Source: Eubacteriales bacterium
Lineage (GTDB): Bacteria > Bacillota > Clostridia > Oscillospirales > CAG-272
NCBI GenBank assembly: GCA_045643765.1
Contig: JAZRFS010000193.1
Span: 1 to 36,049 of the forward strand
DNA: 36,049 nucleotides
Reading direction: 5' to 3'
Below the pieces are notes generated by a model that was not told the DNA's origin, did no database searches, and saw nothing but the letters and a program-made list of their open reading frames with translations. The position numbers and the translations under genes were made by a program. Below, piece after piece: positions 5,624 to 13,221 of this stretch. Position 1 is the first letter of the stretch. Each line of letters opens with the position of its first letter.

Positions 5624-6538
5624 ATGAATAAAACAGACATTTTATTCCCCCTCCGCAAGCAGTACAATAGTCATTGTTGGCGTTGCAAAAGCCCCATTTC
5701 TTCCCTCTACTGTGAACAATGCAGTCACTGCAATTGGTATGTTTGCACCGTTTGTGGTTCTTGTTACTTAGGACAATGTACTTTTGCAACGTGTGGCTTT
5801 GATGAAAACGGTCTGCACCGCAATGGCACGAAATTTTCGGATAAAGGTTTTGATGTAAGAGGTTTCGACATCGAAGGTTTTGACCAATACGGTTATAATC
5901 AATACGGCTATGACCGCACCGGCTATGATAAACACGGTTATAACCGAAGCGGCTACGACCATGACGGGTTTGACAAATACGGTTACGATTGTGATGGATA
6001 TGACCGTAGCGGATTCGATTATGATGGCTATGATAGAGAGGGCTACAACAGCCGTGGATACGATCGCAACTTATTAAACCGCGATGGCTACAATCCAGCG
6101 GGTTTTGACAAAGACGGTTATGATAAAAACGGCTACAATAAGGATGGCTTTGATAGAAACGGTGTAAACCGTCAAGGCATTGACAAAAAAGGCCTTGATG
6201 CAGAATGGCGCAGTTTAATCAAGCGCAGGGTGGCTTATATAAGTGCAGGTAATAACATAAAAAAAGGAACTATAATTGACTGCTATATCCGAGCCCAAAC
6301 TTACTATGTTGACGTACAATTCGATGATGGTGTAATCTATCGCAAAATTGATTTCAACCACACTCGTTCCATAGGGATTTTAAAGTTTTTGATAAAGAAA
6401 TCAAAAGGCTACACTTATAAACAATTTGAAACCCCGCCCCATATGGGGCGTCTACTTTGTTTATTCTCCCTCCTCCAACACCTCGTCGGCGAGACTGCGC
6501 ATTGGAAGGTGCTGGCGGCATCCTACGTGGCACATTGA
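5624..6538 (+). CDS. Cys-rich zinc-ribbon protein with 24 G-[YF]-[DN]-x-x pentapeptide repeats and a small beta-rich C-terminal domain; the 3' tail is probably chimeric
   Basis: AGGAG RBS. The N-terminus has ten Cys in CxxC-type spacing (CWRC...CEQCSHC...CTVCGSC...C...C). Residues 75-194 are pentads in perfect register. The last ~36 aa read through the hairpin and antisense of an integrase remnant after an abrupt composition change at ~6430. Confidence 0.8.
   Translation: MNKTDILFPLRKQYNSHCWRCKSPISSLYCEQCSHCNWYVCTVCGSCYLGQCTFATCGFDENGLHRNGTKFSDKGFDVRGFDIEGFDQYGYNQYGYDRTGYDKHGYNRSGYDHDGFDKYGYDCDGYDRSGFDYDGYDREGYNSRGYDRNLLNRDGYNPAGFDKDGYDKNGYNKDGFDRNGVNRQGIDKKGLDAEWRSLIKRRVAYISAGNNIKKGTIIDCYIRAQTYYVDVQFDDGVIYRKIDFNHTRSIGILKFLIKKSKGYTYKQFETPPHMGRLLCLFSLLQHLVGETAHWKVLAASYVAH
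5846..6205 (+). repeat. Coding tandem repeat, 15-nt period (24 pentapeptide units)
   Basis: Units are GFDVR GFDIE GFDQY GYNQY GYDRT GYDKH GYNRS GYDHD GFDKY GYDCD GYDRS GFDYD GYDRE GYNSR GYDRN LLNRD GYNPA GFDKD GYDKN GYNKD GFDRN GVNRQ GIDKK GLDAE. Synonymous codons vary between units (ggt/ggc/gga/ggg, tat/tac, gat/gac). Confidence 0.9.
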
Positions 6539-6704
6539 GAAGATGTTCGCTGTGGCGGAGATGTTGCGGTGTCCAAGCCACTGTTGGATCAGCTTCATCT
6601 ATACGTCCTGCGCGACAAGGAGCGACGCGCAGGGCGTGGAAGCGCATGTGCTTGATGCCATTCTGCCGCAGAGGATGCTTGGTGTGATCACTCTGCCGCC
6701 GAAA
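6461..6704 (-). pseudogene. Tyrosine recombinase (phage-type integrase) C-terminal remnant, frameshifted with an internal stop
   Basis: Minus-strand frames read ...LRQNGIKHMRFHALR, then after a frameshift ASLLVAQDV*MKLIQQWLGHRNISATANIFSMCHV... This matches the integrase box II region (xFHDLRH...LLxxGVDxKxIQxxLGHxxIxTTxNIYxHV). The catalytic Tyr position is F, the N-terminal ~80% of the gene is missing, and its hairpin CGCCCC-atat-GGGGCG lies at 6435-6450. Confidence 0.6.
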
Positions 6705-6759
6705 CAGAAAAAACTATTTTTACCCCGCCAACAAACACATTTAATCAACATCAAAAAAA

Positions 6760-6788
6760 TTGCCATAATGACGGATTTGTGTTATAAT
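6760..6788 (+). promoter_or_regulatory. Promoter of the YwaF-like membrane protein gene
   Basis: TTGCCA, a 17-nt spacer and TATAAT with an extended TGn. Confidence 0.5.
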
Positions 6789-6831
6789 TAATTTATAATC
6801 GTTTCAAACCACACACATCAAGGAGAAAAAA

Positions 6832-7611
6832 ATGGGAACGCTTATCATCTTCAATCTTATTCTGATACTTATCATCGCTGCCACGCTTGTTGCCGTGAAA
6901 AAATGGTTTTGCGGCGAACGCGCAAAGCGCGTACTGCTGTTGGTCGCACCGCTTGTCACCATTGCCTTCCACTACAGCTCGTTTTTCTACCATTTGCTCT
7001 TTACGGGCGGCGGCATTGCGTATCTCGGCGAAACGCCGAACCTTATTTTGCCCATCTATCCGTGCAACGTGGTGATGTGGTGCGCCCTTTTCTACGGTCT
7101 GTTACGTGACAAGAACAGCAAATTCGCCCTTCTTCTTTCCGATTACGTATTCTGGTTCGGCATCGCCTCTACGCTTGTGGGTATGTTTGCAAACGTGGAC
7201 TTTATTGTAAATCCGACCTTGCGTGATTTTGAGGTGACAAAAAGCATCGTCGCGCACGCCACGCTTCTTTTCAACGTGCTGTTGATCCCCACCTTCGGGC
7301 TCCTTCGCCCCAATTTCTTCCGCAATATGCGTAATATGATCATCTCCGTATTGGCTATGCTCGTCATCGGAGTGTACTGTAATCTCATTTTTGAAGCGCT
7401 TGTATCCGCAGAGGCGGCATACGACGTCAACTCAATGTTCCTCATCCACTCGCCCTTTGAGGGGGTGCCCTTCCTGCGCTATCCCTTTATTGCCGCGCTC
7501 GGACTTGTTGTGTACCTTGTCATTTTCACGGTATGCGACATCCTCACCACGCCGCGCGGCGAGCGCTGGTTTAATCGGGCTTGTGCCGCGCTGCGCAAAA
7601 GCAAGGTCTGA
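6832..7611 (+). CDS. Polytopic integral membrane protein, YwaF/TIGR02206-like
   Basis: AAGGAG RBS. About 7 hydrophobic helices. The LPIYPCNVVMW motif resembles the LPLHLC motif of the YwaF family. Confidence 0.6.
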   Translation: MGTLIIFNLILILIIAATLVAVKKWFCGERAKRVLLLVAPLVTIAFHYSSFFYHLLFTGGGIAYLGETPNLILPIYPCNVVMWCALFYGLLRDKNSKFALLLSDYVFWFGIASTLVGMFANVDFIVNPTLRDFEVTKSIVAHATLLFNVLLIPTFGLLRPNFFRNMRNMIISVLAMLVIGVYCNLIFEALVSAEAAYDVNSMFLIHSPFEGVPFLRYPFIAALGLVVYLVIFTVCDILTTPRGERWFNRACAALRKSKV

Positions 7612-7625
7612 TTTTAAAACAGGCG

Positions 7626-7665
7626 AAAAAGCGCCCGGCGCTTTGGGCGCGGGGAGCTTTTTCGT
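7626..7665. terminator. Hairpin terminator between convergent genes (best on the minus strand)
   Basis: GCGCCC-ggcgcttt-GGGCGC. On the minus strand it is followed directly by TTTTTCGCC. On the plus strand the T-run is displaced. Confidence 0.6.
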
Positions 7666-7679
7666 TTCAATGTTCAAAA

Positions 7680-8186
7680 TCAAGCCAGGAAGCCTGCTTC
7701 CTTCAATGCCTTCTCTACGTTGTCCAGGGTCTCCTTCTTATCTGCCATTACGGTGTGGGAGTGCTTACCGCCCGTAATGCTCATCAGCTCGACGGAGGTG
7801 CCGTTGCGCACGCCATCCAGGAACTTGTCGATGTGGCGCTTGTTGTGGATATTCAAGGGAGCCGAGATCTTGCCGTAGACCTTATGCTCAACAAACACGT
7901 CCTTGACAATAGCGCCCTGCGCAATGATCAAAGCCAGCTCATCCTCGGTCTGCTCTTGCGTATGCGTGACGTTAAACACGCGCTCGAGAAGGGGGGTTGC
8001 CTTGAGCACGTAGCCGTAGTGCGTTGCCTGGATCTCGTAGCCCTGCTCGCGCAGCGTAGCGATATCCTGCACCACGATCTGTCTGGATACACCAAAGCGC
8101 GCGGAAAGCGCATCACCGGACACTGCGGCGTTGGCGTTAGCCAAAAGAACTGCCATTTCTTTTCTTCTGTTTTGTGCCTTCATCAT
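7680..8186 (-). CDS. niaR: NiaR/YrxA-type transcriptional repressor (HTH + 3H domain)
   Basis: MMKAQNRRKEMAVLLANANAAVSGDALSARFGVSRQIVVQDIATLREQGYEI is an HTH_11-like region. The C-terminal part with conserved His residues (HTQEQ..., GGKHSHTV) resembles a 3H domain. A GAGGTG RBS supports the ATG at 8186 rather than the track start at 8273. Confidence 0.75.
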   Translation of the reverse strand: MMKAQNRRKEMAVLLANANAAVSGDALSARFGVSRQIVVQDIATLREQGYEIQATHYGYVLKATPLLERVFNVTHTQEQTEDELALIIAQGAIVKDVFVEHKVYGKISAPLNIHNKRHIDKFLDGVRNGTSVELMSITGGKHSHTVMADKKETLDNVEKALKEAGFLA

Positions 8187-8390
8187 AGTGAAACACCTCG
8201 TATTCTTAAAGTTCAGGTAAACATAACATTCCAACTTTACTTTTATTATACACCATTCCACATTGTTTGTCAAGTATTTTGTAAAGCTTTTTGCGTTGTT
8301 TTTTGTAATATTTTCAACGTTTTTCGTTATTTACTTTTTTGCCATACTATTGTATAATAATGGTAATGATTGAAAAAGGGGGGCTCCCTT

Positions 8391-10271
8391 ATGCTGTTGA
8401 ACCGTCACGCACAGATCTTTATCCTGTTACCCGCTCTTCCAACGCCGCGCGAGCAATTCGCCGCCGAGGAGCTGAAAAAATATCTTTCCCTGATGCTGAG
8501 AGCCGACGCCGTACTCGGCGATGACGAGACCCGCCCCGCAGGACCTGCTTTTCTTGTTGGCGGTCCCGAGCGCAACAAGCAGACGGCGCGCTATCTCACG
8601 AAAGATGCCTTCCGCGCCGAGGTCACGGGCCCCGAGGGCATGCTGATCCGCGCGCTGGACGAGAACACGATCCTTTTGGCGGGCTCTTCCTGGCATGAGG
8701 GCGAGCGTGAGCGCGGCACGGTCTATGCCGTATATGAGTTTTTGGAGCGCTACTGCGGCTGTGTGCTGGCGGCCTACTCGCACCCCGATGCCGACGCCGG
8801 CGAGATCGTCCCCGTTTGCCAAAGCCTTTCCCTTTCCGACGTGGAATACTGCAAGCCCTGTGCCGACCGCCCCTACCGCACGGCGATCGTACAGTACGAG
8901 GACGTAGCGGGCAACCCCGAGCGCGGACTCAACATTCCCTTTTTCGATTGGCTGGTAAAAAACCGCTACAACCGCTTCCTCACCTGGACAAGTATTTACG
9001 AGCATTTCAAAGAAAACGGAATGCTGGCGGAGCTTGAGCGCCGCGGTCTTGCCCTTACGGTGGGACACCACGAGTCCTCGCGCCTGTTTCTACCCGCGCG
9101 AGGCAACAAATATTTCCCCGAGCATTACTTTGAAACGCACCCCGAATACTTCAAGCTGCAAGCCGACGGCACGCGCTTTGAAAATACCGATCCCTGGGGT
9201 CAGTGGGTCTATTGCAGCCGAAACGAGCAAGCTATCGCACAGGTTGCCGAAAACGTCATCGCGTGGGCAAAGCAAAACCCCGCCGCGGACGTGATCGCTC
9301 TCTGGCCCAACGACGGCATTTTCGAGCAATGCACCTGCCCCCTTTGCAGCCAATACACGAAAACGGAAAACTATTGTCACTTCATCAACGGCGTTGCCGA
9401 GCGCGTGAGCAAGGTGCTTCCGCACCTGCGCTTTGATATGTTGATCTACGTGGATCTGTGGGACTGCCCCGAGGGACTTACGCTTCACCCCTCGATCCTT
9501 GTGGATGAGGCAACCTGGCACAAATCGGGGCTTCGCACCACGGGTAAAAAGGATGGCACCTCGCTCACGGGCACACATTTTGAGGAAAATCTGCTCAAAT
9601 GGAAGCAAACGGGCGCCGAGGTCGTCTATTACGATTATTATATGGGCGTCTACAGTGTGCGGCAGCGTTGGCTCCCGATGGCAGACGAGATACAGGCAAT
9701 CTGGAGAAACTTCATCACCAAGGGCATTTCCGGTGCGGGCACGCAGATCGAATGCTTCAATCATTGGAACCATCTGCTCAACTTCTACACCTTCGCTCGC
9801 ACGGGCTACGACACCGCGCTCACCGTGCAGGACACAGTGGCGGCGATCGCCTCGCTTTGCGGCAAGGCGGCACCCGTGGTAAAGGAGATCCTTCTTGCGG
9901 GCGAGGACCTTGTGGACGGGCAGCTTCCGCTGCACAAATGCGCGACGATGCTGATGGAAAGCATCGACAAAGAGGCGATCTATGCGGCGTACGAGCGCGC
10001 GTTCGCGCTGGCAGACACGCCTCGCGCACGCAATAATCTGCGCCTTTTGCGCATGGTCTTCCGCTACTCCGATCTGGAGGTGCAGGAACCGGCCTCGCGC
10101 GACAAGGAATACCAGCGGATCAAGGAAAATTATCTGGACGCGGGCGGAGAGATGGGCTATATGACCCGCTTCGACAGCTTTTGGAAAAACGATCCCGGCT
10201 TTGGCGTTTCTTTCCCGCTTAAAAGCGACGAAAAGGATTTTGTAGCCGATAAATGGTATCTTTTTGAATGA
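8391..10271 (+). CDS. Putative glycoside-hydrolase-like protein (DUF4838-type architecture)
   Basis: A long ORF with GC-rich codon usage. A GGGGGG RBS 7 nt before ATG 8391 is preferred over the TTG at 8370. The family call rests on my recollection of DUF4838 proteins and no catalytic motif was verified. Confidence 0.55.
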   Translation: MLLNRHAQIFILLPALPTPREQFAAEELKKYLSLMLRADAVLGDDETRPAGPAFLVGGPERNKQTARYLTKDAFRAEVTGPEGMLIRALDENTILLAGSSWHEGERERGTVYAVYEFLERYCGCVLAAYSHPDADAGEIVPVCQSLSLSDVEYCKPCADRPYRTAIVQYEDVAGNPERGLNIPFFDWLVKNRYNRFLTWTSIYEHFKENGMLAELERRGLALTVGHHESSRLFLPARGNKYFPEHYFETHPEYFKLQADGTRFENTDPWGQWVYCSRNEQAIAQVAENVIAWAKQNPAADVIALWPNDGIFEQCTCPLCSQYTKTENYCHFINGVAERVSKVLPHLRFDMLIYVDLWDCPEGLTLHPSILVDEATWHKSGLRTTGKKDGTSLTGTHFEENLLKWKQTGAEVVYYDYYMGVYSVRQRWLPMADEIQAIWRNFITKGISGAGTQIECFNHWNHLLNFYTFARTGYDTALTVQDTVAAIASLCGKAAPVVKEILLAGEDLVDGQLPLHKCATMLMESIDKEAIYAAYERAFALADTPRARNNLRLLRMVFRYSDLEVQEPASRDKEYQRIKENYLDAGGEMGYMTRFDSFWKNDPGFGVSFPLKSDEKDFVADKWYLFE

Positions 10272-10279
10272 ATTTCACA

Positions 10280-10318
10280 CTCCCTCTTTTTGTAAAATAC
10301 AAAAGGGGGAGCTTTTTT
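10280..10318 (+). terminator. Intrinsic terminator
   Basis: CTCCCTCTTTTTGTA-aaa-TACAAAAGGGGGAG followed by CTTTTTT. Confidence 0.75.
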
Positions 10319-10329
10319 CAAATTTCCTC

Positions 10330-10358
10330 TTGACATCTCTACATATTTCTGTTATAAT
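10330..10358 (+). promoter_or_regulatory. Consensus promoter upstream of the Mn2+ riboswitch
   Basis: TTGACA, a 17-nt spacer and TATAAT with an extended TGn. Confidence 0.75.
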
Positions 10359-10363
10359 CTTGG

Positions 10364-10456
10364 CAGAATAAGGGAGTAGTCAGCACTCTTGTGATAAGGT
10401 CAACATCATGGAAAGATATTTCCTGGCTTTATCTTAAATGACGAGACTTATCTGCA
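10364..10456 (+). promoter_or_regulatory. yybP-ykoY (Mn2+) riboswitch aptamer
   Basis: AAGGGAGTAG, GGTCAACAT, hairpin CATGGAAAGATATTTCCTGG, GGCTTTATCTT and ATGACGAGACTTATC match the conserved blocks of yybP-ykoY RNAs (GGGGAGUAG / GUCAAU / GGCUUUGUUGACA / AGCAAGACC). The P1 3' strand overlaps the terminator 5' arm. The downstream genes are a P-type ATPase and MntP. Confidence 0.75.
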
Positions 10457-10480
10457 AAGGGGCAGATAGGTCTATTTTTT
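10447..10480 (+). terminator. Riboswitch expression-platform terminator
   Basis: CTTATCTGC-aaaggg-GCAGATAGG followed by TCTATTTTTT. Confidence 0.8.
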
Positions 10481-10554
10481 ATGCCCTTATTCCCCACCCT
10501 GTTTCCAAGCCCCGCGGGGGCAAACAATATATTCTTTTATAGGAGGAACACAAA

Positions 10555-13221
10555 TTGACAGCCCACGACAAGTCCACGGCAGACGTACTGCAAGACCTCG
10601 GCGTTGACAAAGCGCAAGGCCTTTCTGCCAAAGAGGTTGCCGCCCGTAAGGAAAAATACGGCGAGAACCGCTTGCAAGAGAAAAAGAAAAAGAGCACGTT
10701 CCAGCGTTTCCTTGACCAGTTCAAGGATGCCATGATCATCATCCTGCTCATCGCCGCTGCCGTCTCCTTCACCCTCATCTGCATCGAGAAAAACTGGGGC
10801 GAGCTTTTTGAGCCCGGCCTGATCCTGCTGATCGTTATCCTGAACGCCGTAATGGGCGTATATCAGGAGGGCAAGGCAGAAAAAGCGCTTGACGCCCTGA
10901 AAAACATGTCCGCACCGCACGCCCGCGTTATCCGCGACGGCGTTGAGCAGGTCGTTGACGCCGCCGAGCTTGTTCCCGGCGACATCATCAAGCTGGAGGC
11001 CGGTGACTTCGTTCCCGCCGACGCACGTCTTCTGCAGAGCGCCAGCCTGAAGTCCGAGGAAGCCGCCCTTACGGGTGAGTCTGTTCCCTCCGAGAAGGAC
11101 GCCACTGTTGTCGTAGACGAAAAGGCTCCCATCGGCGACCGCACCAATATGGTATTCTCCGGCTGCTCGATCACCTACGGTACCGCTATCGCCGTGGTTA
11201 CCGCTACGGGCATGGATACCGAGATGGGTAAGATCGCAGGTCTTTTGGACGGCGAGGGCGAAACGCAAACGCCCCTGCAGGCAAAGCTTGCTCAGCTTGG
11301 TAAGTACCTTGGCTTTATGGCTCTGGCTGCTTGTGCCGTCATTTTCGTGGTCGGTCTTCTCAACGGCCTTGAGATCCTTCATCTGTTTATGACCGCCGTT
11401 TCTCTTGCCGTTTCCGCTATTCCCGAGGGTCTGCCCGCGATCGTGACGATCGTGCTTTCCATCGGCGTACAGCGCATGGTTAAGAAGAACGCGCTTATCC
11501 GCCGTCTGCCCGCTGTGGAAACGCTGGGCGGCGCATCCGTCATCTGCTCGGATAAGACCGGTACCCTCACCCAGAACCGCATGACGCTGACCAAGGCGTA
11601 CGTGGACGGTGGCGAGATCGAGGCGATCTCTGCCAACAACTCCGAGGCTATCCGCAAGCTGCTCAACTACGGCACGCTTTGCTGCGACGGCTCGGTCAAC
11701 TTCACCGCCGAGGGCGAGCAGCACATCGGCGACCCCACCGAGACCGCCATCGTGGTGGCTTCTCACAAGAACGGCTTCGAGAAGGACGCGCTCAACGCAC
11801 AGTTCCCCCGTCTTGCCGAGATCCCCTTCGACTCTGACCGTAAGCTGATGTCCACCGTCAACGTGATCGACGGCAAGAAGATCGTTATCGTCAAGGGTGC
11901 TTTCGATATGATGGCTACCCGCTGCGTGAAGGGCGACCTTGAGGCCGCCAAGCGCGTGACCAACGAGATGAGCTCCGACGCCCTTCGCGTACTGGCTGTT
12001 GCTTACAAGGAAATCGACGCAGTTCCCGAAGTTCCCACCTCTGAGGAGCTGGAGAGCGGTCTTACCTTTATGGGTCTGGTCGGTATGATCGACCCGCCCC
12101 GTCCCGAGGCACGCGATGCCGTGGCTGTTTGCCGCCGCGCAGGCATCAAGGTTGTGATGATCACGGGTGACCACGTTGTCACCGCTTCCGCCATTGCCAA
12201 GGATCTGGGTATCCTGGTTGAGGGCGACCGCGCCATCACGGGTGCAGAGCTTGACGCCATGAGTGACGACGAGCTTGACGCCGTGGTTGCAGATATTTCC
12301 GTTTACGCCCGCGTATCCCCCGAGAACAAGATCCGCATCGTCAAGGCATGGCAGCGCAAGGGCCAGGTCGTTTCGATGACGGGTGACGGCGTGAATGACG
12401 CTCCCGCACTCAAGGCAGCTGATATCGGCTGTGCTATGGGTATCACCGGTACCGACGTTGCAAAGGGTGCCTCCGATATGACGCTGACCGACGACAACTT
12501 CGCCACCATCGTGGACGCTGTTGAGGAAGGTCGCGGCATCTACGCCAACATCAAGAAGGTGGTTGGCTTCCTGCTCAGCACCAACATCGGTGAGGTCTTC
12601 ACCGTATTCTTCGCCATGCTGATGTGGCACACCTCTCCCCTGCTTTCCATGCAGCTGCTCTGGATCAACCTTGTCACCGACTCCCTGCCCGCTATCGCGC
12701 TTGGTATGGAAGCCGTGGAAAAGGACGTCATGGACCGCAAGCCCAAGCCCAAGGACGAGGGTATCTTCGCCCACGGTCTCGGTGTACGCGTTGCCATTCA
12801 GGGCGTAATGTTCGCACTGCTCACCCTGATCGCATTCTGGGTTGGTACCGGTCTGGAACTCGTTCATATGTTCGACGGCGTTCTGCTTGACGAGGCACAC
12901 GAGCTTAACCTGATGGGCGGTCAGACGCTGGCATTCATGGTGCTTGCACTTTGCCAGATCGTACAGGCGTACAACATGCGCTCCGAGCATTCGCTGTTTA
13001 AGATCGGCCCGTTCAAGAACAGAAATCTCAACCTTGCCGCTCTTGCCTCCACCGCACTGATGGCATTCGTGCTGTTCGTGCCCGGCGTGCAGGACATCTT
13101 CAATCTGGTATATCTGACCTGGCAGCAGTACCTGATCGGCGTGGGTCTGATTTTCGTTCCCCTTTTCGTGATGGAATTCGCAAAGCTTTGCGGCTTCATC
13201 AAGCATCACGAGCAAAAGTAA
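10555..13221 (+). CDS. P-type cation-transporting ATPase, P2A (SERCA/PMCA-like; Ca2+/Mn2+)
   Basis: 888 aa. TTG start with an AGGAGG RBS 8 nt upstream. Motifs: DKTGTLT phosphorylation motif (CSDKTGTLTQN), TGES, MITGDH and VSMTGDGVNDAPALK. Cation_ATPase_N-like N-terminus. Confidence 0.92.
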   Translation: MTAHDKSTADVLQDLGVDKAQGLSAKEVAARKEKYGENRLQEKKKKSTFQRFLDQFKDAMIIILLIAAAVSFTLICIEKNWGELFEPGLILLIVILNAVMGVYQEGKAEKALDALKNMSAPHARVIRDGVEQVVDAAELVPGDIIKLEAGDFVPADARLLQSASLKSEEAALTGESVPSEKDATVVVDEKAPIGDRTNMVFSGCSITYGTAIAVVTATGMDTEMGKIAGLLDGEGETQTPLQAKLAQLGKYLGFMALAACAVIFVVGLLNGLEILHLFMTAVSLAVSAIPEGLPAIVTIVLSIGVQRMVKKNALIRRLPAVETLGGASVICSDKTGTLTQNRMTLTKAYVDGGEIEAISANNSEAIRKLLNYGTLCCDGSVNFTAEGEQHIGDPTETAIVVASHKNGFEKDALNAQFPRLAEIPFDSDRKLMSTVNVIDGKKIVIVKGAFDMMATRCVKGDLEAAKRVTNEMSSDALRVLAVAYKEIDAVPEVPTSEELESGLTFMGLVGMIDPPRPEARDAVAVCRRAGIKVVMITGDHVVTASAIAKDLGILVEGDRAITGAELDAMSDDELDAVVADISVYARVSPENKIRIVKAWQRKGQVVSMTGDGVNDAPALKAADIGCAMGITGTDVAKGASDMTLTDDNFATIVDAVEEGRGIYANIKKVVGFLLSTNIGEVFTVFFAMLMWHTSPLLSMQLLWINLVTDSLPAIALGMEAVEKDVMDRKPKPKDEGIFAHGLGVRVAIQGVMFALLTLIAFWVGTGLELVHMFDGVLLDEAHELNLMGGQTLAFMVLALCQIVQAYNMRSEHSLFKIGPFKNRNLNLAALASTALMAFVLFVPGVQDIFNLVYLTWQQYLIGVGLIFVPLFVMEFAKLCGFIKHHEQK

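Larger units (their letters stand above)
737..6704. mobile_element. Decayed integrative/accessory island (mosaic; no intact recombinase)
   Basis: The region is visibly lower in GC than the rest of the window, uses different codons, contains a tRNA-Ser remnant in the middle and an integrase remnant at the right edge, and its cargo consists of unusual or unknown proteins. The boundaries are approximate. Confidence 0.45.

Noticed and set aside
5768-6077. ORFs 5768-5962 (minus) and 5880-6077 (plus) inside the repeat region
   Set aside because: They are alternative-frame artefacts of the 15-nt periodic coding repeat (Thr/Met/Ile/Ala-rich periodic peptides). The G-[YF]-[DN] frame has the RBS and flanking domains.
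5846-6205. The tandem repeat as a CRISPR array or non-coding satellite
   Set aside because: The period is 15 nt with no spacer/repeat alternation. It lies in frame inside an ORF with a conserved amino-acid pattern. No CRISPR-like repeat-spacer structure exists anywhere in the window.
6423-6450. AATTTGAAACCCCGCCCC at the island/integrase junction as an antisense tRNA T-arm fragment (att site)
   Set aside because: It resembles the reverse complement of a T-arm (GGATTTGAACCCAC) at about 12 of 14 positions. However, it does not form a T-stem, and it is better explained as the terminator hairpin of the integrase remnant.
6354-6791. ORFs 6354-6647 (minus), 6426-6791 and 6457-6687 (plus) as independent genes
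   Set aside because: They are frames across the decayed integrase fragment. None has an RBS, and the only recognisable protein similarity (integrase box II) is split over two minus-strand frames.
8370-8390. Track starts TTG 8370 for the DUF4838-like gene, 34837 for the GH-like gene, 8273 for niaR, 3201 for the small protein and 29145 for adh
   Set aside because: In each case an internal ATG has a correctly spaced Shine-Dalgarno sequence. The upstream extension has none, or encodes implausible residues.
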